A stretch of 64,000 nucleotides of DNA from Spirochaetia bacterium (lineage in GTDB: Bacteria > Spirochaetota > Spirochaetia > UBA9216), in the NCBI GenBank assembly GCA_965140585.1, contig OZ223264.1, forward strand, positions 608,001 to 672,000, read 5' to 3'. Positions 1 through 10,310 of this stretch are shown one piece after another. The position numbers were made by a program, and so were the translations under genes. A model generated the notes under the pieces. The model was given only the letters and a program-made list of their open reading frames with translations, ran no database searches and was not told the origin of the DNA. Position 1 is the stretch's first letter; every line of letters begins with the position of its first letter.

Positions 1-25
1 CACAGTTGCGTGTTTTTTACAAGTT

Positions 26-981
26 TCAGGCATCTCCGGCGGCTGTCAGTTTTTCAACATCTTCCGTGTCAAGTTGAAGCTCAACCGATGAAAATATTGT
101 ATTAAGCTGTGATTCACTTGTTGCACTTACGATGGGTGCTGTAACCAGCGGATTTGCCATTAGCCATGCAAGTGAGACCGCTGCCGGCGTGCTGCTGTGC
201 TTTGCAGATACCTCATCAAGAGCTTTAAGTATCGTTTTTCCCCTGTCGTTAAAATGCTGCTTTATGCCTCCGCCTCTAACACTGGCTTCGAAGTCTTCCT
301 CCTTTCGATACTTTCCTGTAAGAAATCCTGCCTCCAGGGACCAGTATGTAAAAACACTCAAATTGTACTTTGTTATCAGAGGGGCATATTCATTCTCAAA
401 CTTGTCTCTGATGATAAGATTGTAATGAGGCTGCAGTGCAACGTAGGAGGGTAGGCTGTTCTTGTCAGCAGTGTTCATAGATTCAGTAAACCTGGCCGGA
501 GAAATATTTGATGCAGCTATGTAGCGGACCTTTCCTGCCTTTATAATCTCATCGTATGCGGACAGGGTTTCCTCTACCGGGGTTTTCTCATCATCAAAGT
601 GGGTATAATAGAGGTCAATATAGTCGGTCTGCAGCCTTTTTAGACTGTCATCGATGCTTTTGAGAATATGTTCTCTGCTTGTATCTACCGGATGATGGGA
701 GGATGCTCCCCGGTCTTTGTAGCCAGAATAATATCTTTCCGGTTTTTTCTTGAGTTAAACCAATTGCCTAAAATGGTTTCAGATTCTCCTCCATTGCTGC
801 CGCTGACCCAGTGTGAGTAAATATCTGCAGTGTCAATGAAATTGAATCCGCCTTCAGTGAATTTATCGAGTATGTCAAACGACTTTTTCTCGTCAAGCGT
901 CCATCCGAATACATTTCCTCCAAAATTTATTGGTGAAACCTTCAAATCTGTATTATTAATTGTTAGTCTTTTATTGTTCAT
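26..981 (-). pseudogene. Aldo/keto reductase, frameshifted
   Basis: N-terminal ORF 685-981 has FGGNVFGW and DTADIY. After the C4 run at 708-711 another frame reads HHPVDTSREHILKSIDDSLKRLQTDYIDLYYTH and joins ORF 26-478. Adding one G restores a full AKR. Confidence 0.85.
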
Positions 982-1097
982 ATAAACTCCTGTCTATATA
1001 AGATAATAAAAAGTTGTCGGAATTCCCAATTATAAAAAAAATCGATTATTTCTGGCATTAGCGATCCCGGTTTCTTATAATTATCAAAAGGCAGTGT

Positions 1098-4000
1098 ATG
1101 ATTTCTAATAGTTGTGTATTCAGGAAATCCTCATTTCGAATTCAGATTCTGATGGCTTCTATTGTTTTTATGTTTTCCATTCAGTGTTTGTTTGCGGAAA
1201 CATCAGGTAGTCAAAATTCCTTTATACAACAGCTTACATATGAAGAAAGAGCCTGGCTTTCAACTCATCAGGAAATTTCAGTCGGTATTATGGACGCCTG
1301 GCCGCCGATGAACTATGTTGATAATGACGGTATTAGCAGGGGGATTGGTGTTGACTACCTTGAAGCTTTAAGCCTCCGTCTGGGTTGTAAAATAAACATA
1401 GTTCCTGCACCTTTTTCTGAGAATCTTGAAGCAGTCAGAAATAAAACTCTTGATGCTCTGATGGATGTCACACCGAAACCTGAGCGTGAGGAGTATCTTA
1501 TTTTCTCAAGAAAGTACCTTGTGATTCCGCATGTAATAGTGGCTGCTTATAACGGACCCTATTTTGCTGTCGAAAAGGATTTGTCTGGGCACAGTCTTGC
1601 ACTTGAGAAAGGTTTTTACAATGTCACCTACTTCAGCGAGAAGTATCCAGACCTCAAAATAATCGAATACCCTGATACTGCTCAGGCTCTGGATGCAGTT
1701 TCAAGAGGTGAAGCTGAAGCATATGTAGGAAACAGGGCTGTAGCCTCCTGGATAATGGAGGAGGAGCTAATCTCAAATCTGCAGATACAGGGCCGGGCCG
1801 AAAAACAGGGTTCAGTACTTACCATCGGAGCCCGAAAAGACTGGCCTGAATTGGTATCTATCATCAATAAAGCCTTTGCAGACTTGTCGGTGGAGGAAGT
1901 TCACCGCATACACAGCAAGTGGACAGGGTATTTCAATGATACTTCCAAAATTACGATGGTCTCCCTGACTCAGGATGAGCAGTACTGGCTGTATGAGCAT
2001 CCTGTAATAAAAATAGGAATTGGAGAAAGCTGGGTTCCGTTTGTGTTTGTACGTAAAGATGGAAGTCTGGAAGGTTATGATGTAGATATTGTGAACAGAA
2101 TAAATGAACTCACTGGCGCTAATATTAAGCTTGAAGCCGGCCCGTGGGTTGATATTGTTGAAAAGGCAGAGGTCCGTAGTATCGACGGACTGGCTGAGTC
2201 TGCCATCGTCCCGAGCAGAGTTGACAAATTTAATTTCACAAATCCATATAACATTGTACAGTATGCTGCTGTTTCAATTCCTGAAAAAGCAGCCTCTATA
2301 AATTCTTCGGAAGATTTAAACGGTAAACGTATTGCTCATCTGAAAGGTAATGCCTGGATAGGCAGGATTCTTGAATCGATCGAAAACGTGGATGTTGTTG
2401 AGGCTGATTCTGAAAGTCAGGCCTTTCAGTTTGTAGTTGAAGAAAAAGCTGATTTTGCATTGATTACCCTTCATCAGATAGGTCAGCTTCGTGAAATATA
2501 TCATCAGATTCTCACTGTCGCCCATGTTTTTACAGATGAAGAATTTATTTTGAAACCGGTTTACTCCATACGGAAAGACTATCCGGAACTGGTTACAATA
2601 ATGAATAAGGCTCTGGCTGCTATCAGTGAAAGTGAACGCAGAGAAATATTTAATCGCTGGGTACCGGCTGTTGCAGTATCGGACTCTGCTGAGCCGGGCT
2701 TTTCACGGTTTGATATCTCTCTTTTTCTCCTTAAGAGTATTGGCCTGGTTTTTCTATTCATGGGAGTGGTTATAACTGCTGCCTGGCTTGTTAAAGGGCG
2801 TCCCCGCTATCTGTCCATCAGGCATTCGCTTTTTCTTATATCATTTGTTTTTGCTTCATTAATAGCGTCGTCTGCAGTATTTGTCGTGCTTCTTGCACAG
2901 ACCCACGAACATGAAGATGATATTACATCCAGAAACCTTGAGTCTGTCTATCTTGCCTTTGAGCTGAAACAGTCCTCTGATGATTTAACCCGCTTTGTCA
3001 GGACTTATACGGTTACAGGCGATGAACGATACGAAGAATATTTTAAACAAACCGCTGCAATCAGGAATGGAGAAGTTGCCCATCCTTCGGATTTTACTCC
3101 TTTCTACTGGGATTACGTATCAGCAGGAAAAGTCCTGCCGGATGAGAATGGTGAAACCTACAGTATAGAAGAAAAGATGAATGCTCTCGGAATGACAGAG
3201 CAGGAAATGGCTAAGCTCTCCGAGTCCAAGCAGGAATCTGATGATTTGATGAGTCTGGAGAATATTGCTTTTAATGCTGTCAAAGGACTTTACAAAGATG
3301 AGCACGGTAAGTTTACCCTGGAAGGGGATCCGGATATGGAGCTGGCAAGAAATATTGTTCACGGCAGTGAGTACCATCTGGAAAAAGCAAAGATAATGGA
3401 ACCGATAGAAGAGTTTTTTATTCTGCTTCAGAGCCGTATGGATTATGAAGAAACTCAGATTCACCGTCGTAATCAGGCTGTTATTATCGGGATAACTCTT
3501 CTTGTTGCAATTACAATACTGTTTTCCGTATATGTTTTCTTTCTTATGAGGCGACGTATCATCATGCCGCTGTCGGTTTTTGAACGTGGTGCTGATGCAA
3601 TCAGAAACGGTGAATTCTCACATAAAATCCAGATAAAAGAAAATGATGAAATCGGTGAACTGGCTTCTGTCTTTAATTCGATGGTAGAAAGCATAGAAGA
3701 GAAAACCTCAAGACTGTATGCAACAATTGAATCAACTACTGATGGAATACTTGTCGTTGATCTCAATCAGAAAATTACTTCCTATAATACACGGTTTCTG
3801 GAAATATGGGGTGTGGATAAGGCTTTCGCTGAAGCCGGTAGTGATGAAGTTCTACTGGCGGAATGTATTTCAATGCTTGAAAACCCTGATGCCTTTTGTG
3901 AAGATGTAATGACTTTGTATGCAAATCCTGATAGAGAAGATTTTGCCTCGCTAACAATGCAGGATGGTAGAATAGTTGAGCGCTATTCAAGACCGCAGAA

Positions 4001-6323
4001 ATCAGGCGAGCAGATAATCGGGCGGGTCTGGAGTTTCCGGGATGTAACTGAAAGACGTCAGGCTGAACAGGCTCTGAACGAAGCAAAGGATGCCGCGGAA
4101 GTCGCTACAAGGGCAAAAAGTGATTTTCTGGCCAATATGAGTCATGAAATCCGAACACCGATGAATGCAATCATCGGTATGAGCCATCTTGCGCTTAAAA
4201 CAGAGCTGAGTCCCCGGCAGCGCGACTACATTACAAAGATAGACAAGTCCTCAAGGGCTCTGCTGAATATTATCAATGACATCCTTGATTTTTCAAAGAT
4301 TGAAGCGGGAAAACTCGATATTGAATCGATTAAGTTTTCTCTGGATGATGTTCTGTGCAATCTCTCAAACATGGTTTCAGTCAGTATCAGGCGCAAAGGT
4401 ATTGAACTGATCTTTGATGTCCCACCCGAGTTTCCGCGCGGGCTGGTCGGAGATCCTCTTAGACTTGGGCAGATCCTGCTCAATCTCTGCAGCAATGCTG
4501 TTAAATTCACTCAGGAAGGTCAGATTAAAGTTTCAGCCATTGTAGAAAACGAAAGCGACTCAGAAATCCTGGCACGCTTTTCAGTGCATGATTCAGGTGT
4601 CGGCCTGAGTACAGAGCAGCAAGAAAAACTGTTCCAGTCTTTTCATCAGGCAGACAGTTCGACTACAAGAAAATACGGTGGTACCGGCCTGGGGCTGGCA
4701 ATATGCAAGAATCTGGCGGAGCTGATGGGCGGAGAAATTGGTGTAAGTTCTGCTCCGGGGCTGGGAAGTTCATTCTGGTTTACGGCAAAATTCGGACTAC
4801 ACCATGATGCGATGAAAAAAAATCCAAATTATACAGATCTGGCTGAAAGTCTGAAAGGTAAACGTGTTCTGATTGTCGATGATAACGAAGAGGCTCTTAA
4901 ATCCATGCAGGAGATGACTGAAAGTTTCGGCTTTGATGTGCTTACTGCCGGTTCGGGGAGTGAAGCACTTGATATTCTTGAGACAGCCGCGGAAGGAAAT
5001 GAGATTCCGCTCGTACTGATGGATATGAAAATGCCTGAAATGGACGGGATTGAGGCAATAAAACGGATTAAATCTAATCCTGAACTGAAGGATCGGACCT
5101 CTGTGATTCTTGTTACTGCTTATGGAAGGGAAGAACTGATGTATCAGGCAGAACTTGAAAATATTGAGGCTTTTCTAGTTAAACCGATTAATCAGTCTCT
5201 TCTGTTTGAAACTATTCTTGAGGCTCTGGGCCATGATATAGGCTGCCGTCCGATTCTCGGAAATAGCGAAGTTTCTGTTCCTGCTAACTTTGACTCAATC
5301 AGAGGTGCTAAGCTTCTTCTGGTAGAGGACAATGAGTTCAATCAGCAGTTTGCAACAGAGCTGCTTTCTGATGAAGGCTTTTTTATTGAACTGGCGGAAA
5401 ACGGAGTTGGAGCAGTCAATGCCGTAAAAGCTGAGGGCTCTGATTATGATGCTGTACTGATGGATTTACAAATGCCTGTAATGGACGGATACACAGCAAC
5501 AGCGGAAATCCGCAAAGACAGCCGGTTTGATGATCTTCCTGTTATTGCTATGACTGCTGATGCTATGGAAGGGGTAAGTGAAAAAGTTTTCAGTATAGGC
5601 ATGAATGACTATGTTACCAAACCGATCGAACCTGAAATACTGTTTAAAACTTTAATTAAGTGGATAAAGCCCGGCAAGCGAAAACTTCCGGAATCCTACA
5701 GCGGCGATACAGATTTTTCAGCTCATCAAAACCTTCAGCTTCCTGAGCTTATAGGTATTGATATTAAAGCCGGACTTGCAAGAGTTGAAGGCCGGCTTGA
5801 GAAGTACATGAAGCTTCTTCATACTTTTATTCATAATCAGGGAAATGCGGTACAAAGGCTGGGAGATGCTATAGATTCAAACGAAAAAGAGATTGCAGTT
5901 AGAACAGCCCATACTCTGAAAGGTGTTTCCGGGACTATTGGAGCATTTGAACTGCAGGTGAAAGCAGAGCTTCTTGAGACTCTATTGAAATCTGATAATT
6001 TCCCTGAAGCCAAAAAAGTTCTGTCTGAAGTCAGCCGAATGCTTGCCGATACCATTACCCTTACTTCTGACTGGCTCAGACTTAATGAGCCTGCCGAAGC
6101 GAAAAAAGGACCAGATGTAGAAGAGCTGAATCTGCAGGTTAGGCAGCTTGTGAAGTATCTGCAGGATGATGATTCCAAGGCTGAAGATCTGATTGATGAG
6201 CTGCTGAGCTCTTCGGGAACGGCTTCTTATCGGGATAAGCTTTTACTCATAAAAAATGACATTATTGATATTGAATATGAAAATGCGCTTGATAAAATCA
6301 GGCGGCTGGAAATCGGAGAGTAG
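1098..6323 (+). CDS. Hybrid sensor histidine kinase (2 substrate-binding domains, TMs, HAMP, PAS, HisKA, HATPase, 2 REC, Hpt)
   Basis: H-box FLANMSHEIRTPMNAIIG, G2 box GGTGLGLAI, receiver motifs LMDMKMPEMDG and LMDLQMPVMDG, Hpt AHTLKG. Confidence 0.95.
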   Translation: MISNSCVFRKSSFRIQILMASIVFMFSIQCLFAETSGSQNSFIQQLTYEERAWLSTHQEISVGIMDAWPPMNYVDNDGISRGIGVDYLEALSLRLGCKINIVPAPFSENLEAVRNKTLDALMDVTPKPEREEYLIFSRKYLVIPHVIVAAYNGPYFAVEKDLSGHSLALEKGFYNVTYFSEKYPDLKIIEYPDTAQALDAVSRGEAEAYVGNRAVASWIMEEELISNLQIQGRAEKQGSVLTIGARKDWPELVSIINKAFADLSVEEVHRIHSKWTGYFNDTSKITMVSLTQDEQYWLYEHPVIKIGIGESWVPFVFVRKDGSLEGYDVDIVNRINELTGANIKLEAGPWVDIVEKAEVRSIDGLAESAIVPSRVDKFNFTNPYNIVQYAAVSIPEKAASINSSEDLNGKRIAHLKGNAWIGRILESIENVDVVEADSESQAFQFVVEEKADFALITLHQIGQLREIYHQILTVAHVFTDEEFILKPVYSIRKDYPELVTIMNKALAAISESERREIFNRWVPAVAVSDSAEPGFSRFDISLFLLKSIGLVFLFMGVVITAAWLVKGRPRYLSIRHSLFLISFVFASLIASSAVFVVLLAQTHEHEDDITSRNLESVYLAFELKQSSDDLTRFVRTYTVTGDERYEEYFKQTAAIRNGEVAHPSDFTPFYWDYVSAGKVLPDENGETYSIEEKMNALGMTEQEMAKLSESKQESDDLMSLENIAFNAVKGLYKDEHGKFTLEGDPDMELARNIVHGSEYHLEKAKIMEPIEEFFILLQSRMDYEETQIHRRNQAVIIGITLLVAITILFSVYVFFLMRRRIIMPLSVFERGADAIRNGEFSHKIQIKENDEIGELASVFNSMVESIEEKTSRLYATIESTTDGILVVDLNQKITSYNTRFLEIWGVDKAFAEAGSDEVLLAECISMLENPDAFCEDVMTLYANPDREDFASLTMQDGRIVERYSRPQKSGEQIIGRVWSFRDVTERRQAEQALNEAKDAAEVATRAKSDFLANMSHEIRTPMNAIIGMSHLALKTELSPRQRDYITKIDKSSRALLNIINDILDFSKIEAGKLDIESIKFSLDDVLCNLSNMVSVSIRRKGIELIFDVPPEFPRGLVGDPLRLGQILLNLCSNAVKFTQEGQIKVSAIVENESDSEILARFSVHDSGVGLSTEQQEKLFQSFHQADSSTTRKYGGTGLGLAICKNLAELMGGEIGVSSAPGLGSSFWFTAKFGLHHDAMKKNPNYTDLAESLKGKRVLIVDDNEEALKSMQEMTESFGFDVLTAGSGSEALDILETAAEGNEIPLVLMDMKMPEMDGIEAIKRIKSNPELKDRTSVILVTAYGREELMYQAELENIEAFLVKPINQSLLFETILEALGHDIGCRPILGNSEVSVPANFDSIRGAKLLLVEDNEFNQQFATELLSDEGFFIELAENGVGAVNAVKAEGSDYDAVLMDLQMPVMDGYTATAEIRKDSRFDDLPVIAMTADAMEGVSEKVFSIGMNDYVTKPIEPEILFKTLIKWIKPGKRKLPESYSGDTDFSAHQNLQLPELIGIDIKAGLARVEGRLEKYMKLLHTFIHNQGNAVQRLGDAIDSNEKEIAVRTAHTLKGVSGTIGAFELQVKAELLETLLKSDNFPEAKKVLSEVSRMLADTITLTSDWLRLNEPAEAKKGPDVEELNLQVRQLVKYLQDDDSKAEDLIDELLSSSGTASYRDKLLLIKNDIIDIEYENALDKIRRLEIGE

Positions 6324-6324
6324 G

Positions 6325-7407
6325 ATGGCAGGAATTCTGATTATAGATGATTCAGCTGAAAATCGTGAAGTTATTAAGGGGCTGCTTGAAACGGAGCATA
6401 CGATTTACCTTGCAAAAAACGGTGAGCAGGGTATTCAGCTGGCCAGAAAAAGACTTCCGGATCTAATTCTGCTTGATGTTATGATGCCGGTAATGGACGG
6501 TTATGTAGCATGCAGCCTGCTGAAGGCTGATGAAACAACAGTGGATATTCCTGTAATATTTCTCACTTCAATGGATGATGTAGAAGATGAAACCAGAGGT
6601 CTGGCTTTAGGGGCTGTTGATTATATAACCAAGCCGGTCAGACCGCCAATTCTTAAAGAACGTGTAAAGAATCATCTGGAATTAAAAGAATCCAAAGACC
6701 TTCTGAAAAGGCAGAATGAGATTCTGGAAGAAAAGGTTATTGAAAGAACCAGGCAGCTGGAAGAGCTTCATGATGTAACAATGATGGCCATGGGAGCCCT
6801 CGCTGAAACGCGTGATCCGGAAACCGGAAACCATATCCGGCGAACACAGCTTTACATCAAATGTCTTGCAGAAAAGCTAAAAATTCAGCCAAGGTTTAAG
6901 GATTATCTGCAGCCTGAAATAATAACATCGCTGTTTAAATCCGCGCCGCTTCATGATATCGGAAAGGTCGGAGTACCTGATCATATACTTCTCAAACCGG
7001 GAAAGCTGACGGAGGAAGAGTTTGAGATAATGAAGCTTCACACTGCATATGGCCGTGATGCAATTTCAGCAGCCGAGAAGACGATGACCGGTACTGACAA
7101 CTTTCTTTCTTTTGCCAAGGAGATCGCCTTCTCGCATCATGAAAAATGGGACGGTTCGGGGTATCCTGAAGGCCTTAAAGGTGATGACATTCCGGTTTCG
7201 GCAAGATTGATGGCGGTGGCTGATGTTTATGATGCCCTAATCAGCCGCAGGGTTTACAAACCGCCTTTCCCTCATGAAAAAGCTGTTTCAATTATAGAAG
7301 GCGACAGCGGAACTCATTTTGATCCTGATATAGTAACGGCTTTCCTGGGAATAGATATTCAGTTTAAGGAAATTTCACGTGAATATCATGATCTCCACGA
7401 AGATTAG
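6325..7407 (+). CDS. REC + HD-GYP cyclic di-GMP phosphodiesterase response regulator
   Basis: LLDVMMPVMDG receiver; RDPETGNH, LHDIGK, HHEKWDGSGYP. ATG at 6325 lies immediately after the kinase stop. Confidence 0.93.
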   Translation: MAGILIIDDSAENREVIKGLLETEHTIYLAKNGEQGIQLARKRLPDLILLDVMMPVMDGYVACSLLKADETTVDIPVIFLTSMDDVEDETRGLALGAVDYITKPVRPPILKERVKNHLELKESKDLLKRQNEILEEKVIERTRQLEELHDVTMMAMGALAETRDPETGNHIRRTQLYIKCLAEKLKIQPRFKDYLQPEIITSLFKSAPLHDIGKVGVPDHILLKPGKLTEEEFEIMKLHTAYGRDAISAAEKTMTGTDNFLSFAKEIAFSHHEKWDGSGYPEGLKGDDIPVSARLMAVADVYDALISRRVYKPPFPHEKAVSIIEGDSGTHFDPDIVTAFLGIDIQFKEISREYHDLHED

Positions 7408-7412
7408 GAATG

Positions 7413-7431
7413 AGCCCCGGATACCGGGGCT
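7413..7431. terminator. Hairpin between convergent genes
   Basis: AGCCCCGG-ATA-CCGGGGCT perfect stem; no long U tract. Confidence 0.55.
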
Positions 7432-7438
7432 AAGCTAT

Positions 7439-8902
7439 TCAGACTGAAGCGCAGCAGCTGTTTATAGATTCTCCCTGCTCCGCATAGGCTTTCACCTTTG
7501 CCGCCGCGGCTTTTGATGTGTTGACTATTGATGAACCGCCGACGCAACCGCCCTGACAGGCCATTACCTCAATCAGGTTACCTTCGCTGCATGCCCCCTC
7601 CCTGGCGAAGGATTTTAGCAGGGCAATCGTTTTGCGGTCCAGACCGTCTACGCAGAAAGGCCTTACCTCTGCATCATGACCGGCTGCCGTTTTCACTGCT
7701 GCAGAAACTCCTCCGCTTACAGCAAACTTTCTGGCTTTTTTTGATGATTCTGTCTGGAATAAGTAGTCTTCGCATTCGCTCAGTTCAATTCCCCTGGCTA
7801 CCAGCATTGCACCGATTTCCTCGGCACTCATGACGAAATCAACATCATCATCGTAAATTGCTTCCTTTCGTTTGGCCATGCAGGGGCCTATAAATACGGT
7901 AATGCAGTTCGCATACCGTTCTTTGGCAATCTCGGCAATAAAGTGCATGGGAGTAGGAGTCTCCGAAATATAATTCTTAAGCTCATGTACATGTTTGGCT
8001 ACCAGTTCCCTGTATGCGGCACAGCAGGATGTGGTCATAAAGGGGCTTCCTTCATTCATTTTATGAGCAAATTCCTCTGCTTCATGCCTGGTTGTTATAT
8101 CAGCGCCTTCAGCCGCTTCCAGTACATGATCGAAGCCCATCGAAACAAGAGCAGTCGCCAGTTTTCGTATGGATTCGGGGAACTGGCCTTCCATTGATGG
8201 CGCAAGCATCGCAACAACAGGTCTGTCGCTTCGTATTGCCTTAAGTACATCGATGATCTGGCTTCTTTCATTGACGGCGCCGAAGGGGCAGCCCGAAACA
8301 CAGGCGCCGCAGCTTATGCAGCGTTCATGATCGACCTCAACAACACCAAGCTCATTTTTTCTTATTGCTTTCACCGGACAGACCTCTTCGCATGGTACCC
8401 TGAGTTTTGCTATTGCACTGTATGAACATGCACCTATACATTTAGTGCAGTTTTTACAAAGTTTCGGATCAATTGCAGCTTTACCGTTAACAATGCTTAT
8501 TGCATTGAATCTACAGGATGACACACATGATTGGGCTACACAGCCCTGACACATATCGGTTACGTGAATCTGTACTGGAACACAGCCCTTACAGGCGGTA
8601 TCTATAGCCGTTAGTACCTGATCTGAGGGCCTTGTTCTCTCTAGTGCTTCATAGGCGTAATCAAAGAGCGGTTTTTCATGGTTGTCTTCACTTACGGAAA
8701 AACCAAGTCCGGCAATTACACGCTCCCTTATTGCAGCTCTTTCCTTATGAATACAGCATCTGTACTGTGCATCACTGTGTTTAGGCCTCATCCGGTATGG
8801 AATTTTATAGGCTGATGAGGGGAAATCCACCGAGTCAAAAGCCTTTATAATATTTACCAGTACCTGTTTGTTCAGATTGCTTGTAAGTTTTACATTACTC
8901 AT
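7439..8902 (-). CDS. Monomeric [FeFe]-hydrogenase with 4Fe-4S ferredoxin domains (group B-like)
   Basis: H-cluster motifs TSCCAAY, GPCMAKRKE, EVMACQGGCVGG; several CxxCxxCxxxC motifs. Confidence 0.9.
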   Translation of the reverse strand: MSNVKLTSNLNKQVLVNIIKAFDSVDFPSSAYKIPYRMRPKHSDAQYRCCIHKERAAIRERVIAGLGFSVSEDNHEKPLFDYAYEALERTRPSDQVLTAIDTACKGCVPVQIHVTDMCQGCVAQSCVSSCRFNAISIVNGKAAIDPKLCKNCTKCIGACSYSAIAKLRVPCEEVCPVKAIRKNELGVVEVDHERCISCGACVSGCPFGAVNERSQIIDVLKAIRSDRPVVAMLAPSMEGQFPESIRKLATALVSMGFDHVLEAAEGADITTRHEAEEFAHKMNEGSPFMTTSCCAAYRELVAKHVHELKNYISETPTPMHFIAEIAKERYANCITVFIGPCMAKRKEAIYDDDVDFVMSAEEIGAMLVARGIELSECEDYLFQTESSKKARKFAVSGGVSAAVKTAAGHDAEVRPFCVDGLDRKTIALLKSFAREGACSEGNLIEVMACQGGCVGGSSIVNTSKAAAAKVKAYAEQGESINSCCASV

Positions 8903-8947
8903 TAAATGTTCCCCCCTGAGGTTATTTGATATTAATACAGTAAAATT

Positions 8948-8987
8948 ATATCGATAAAAATATACATAATAGATTGGTTTTTGTCAA
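8948..8987 (-). promoter_or_regulatory. Sigma70-type promoter of the hydrogenase plus conserved downstream element
   Basis: Minus strand reads TTGACA-N17-TATATT-TTTATCGATAT. Confidence 0.7.
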
Positions 8988-9105
8988 TATCAGGACTATG
9001 GACGAAATTACCTACAAACCGATACTTAATTTGACAAGCGATATAAATAGATTATCCTTAAAAAGGAGCTGTAATTTAACCCTTTATTCTAAGCGAGAGA
9101 GTAGC

Positions 9106-9815
9106 ATGATTAATACAAAAAACAATAAAATACTGCTGGTAGAAGATGAAGTCATACTGGCCATGTCAAACAAAATGCAGCTCGAGGACTATGGTTACAG
9201 CGTTGTTACGGCCAATACCGACAGGCAGGCTGTTGATTTCATTTCCGGTGATGAGAGTATTAATCTTGTATTGATGGATATTGATTTGGGTTCAGGAATA
9301 GACGGTACATAAGCTGCAGAAATCATTCTAAGTGAGCATAAAGTGCCCATTGTTTTTCTATCAAGTCATATGGAACCTGAGATTGTAGAAAAAACCGAAA
9401 AAATAACCTCAAATGGATATGTAGTTAAAAGCTCGAGTATTACAGTGCTTGATGCATCTATTAAAATGGCCTTCAAGCTTTTTGATGCGAATCTTAAAAT
9501 TGAGGAAAATGTGAAATCGGAGCAGCCTGCCGGAGTTCCAAGACTATCTGAGCTTGATATAATTAATGAACTGCAGACAAGCGAAAAGCAGTACTGCTTA
9601 TTATTTGAGTCAACGATTGAAGGTATCTGTCTTCATGAGCTTGTTTACAGTGATGAAGGGAAGGCTGTTGACTACCGTCTCCTGGATGTGAATCCGAAAT
9701 TTGAAGAAATTCTGAAATTGAGAAAGGCAGATGTTGAAGGAAGGCTTGCCACTGAAGTATATAAAACTGAAGAGGCTCCGTATCTGGAAGCTTATACAAG
9801 GGTTGCTGAAACTTC
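9106..9815 (+). pseudogene. REC-PAS signalling protein, nonsense-disrupted and 3' truncated
   Basis: ILLVEDE...LMDIDLGSGIDGT, then in-frame TAA at 9310-9312, then AAEIILSEHKVPIVFLSSH. The PAS region ends near YTRVAET, where it runs into the antisense of another gene. Confidence 0.8.
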
Positions 9816-10163
9816 CTGTGCTCCAAGCGCGGTTTCTTCTATTATATCAAATCCAATTCGCCTCAGACCGGCTGCAAGCCGGGCAAAACTGCAGCTGAAG
9901 CTGGCTTTCCAGCTGGGAGCAAGGGATACACAGACTCTTTTCTCTGAATTGATGAGGCTCTCTACTATTGTTATATCATTTCTTACTTTTTTTGCGTTCT
10001 GGGGGCAGACTGAAATACATTCTCCGCAGGCAATACATTTTTCAGCTATTACCGATGCATGACTGTCGGATATTTTTATAGCTTTCACCGGGCAGCCTCT
10101 GACGCATTTATAGCAGTCCATGCATTCACTCTTGATAGTGAATGCAGGATAAGTACCGTTCAT
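9792..10163 (-). pseudogene. N-terminal fragment of a second [FeFe]-hydrogenase-like protein (group C/sensory-type start)
   Basis: AGGAG RBS; CMDCYKCVRGCPVKAI, CIACGECISVCP, VSLAPS, ETALGA. It stops before any H-cluster motif. Confidence 0.8.
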
Positions 10164-10198
10164 TGCCTCTCCTAATTCAGATGAAAATAAGTAATAAA

Positions 10199-10238
10199 AT
10201 ATCGATAAAAATATATATTGTTGATGACGTTCTGTCAA
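10199..10238 (-). promoter_or_regulatory. Sigma70-type promoter of the truncated hydrogenase plus conserved downstream element
   Basis: Minus strand reads TTGACA-N17-TATATT-TTTATCGATAT, the same layout as 8948-8987. Confidence 0.7.
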
Positions 10239-10310
10239 CTGGTTCTGCAGGGTGATTAAAGTTGACTTAAGCACTAAGCTATAGCATATCATAAACTACA
10301 GGAGATAATA

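Noticed and set aside
9343-10062. ORF 9343-10062 as a real 239-aa protein
   Set aside because: It starts mid-receiver domain after a nonsense codon, and its last ~80 aa are the antisense of the hydrogenase fragment.
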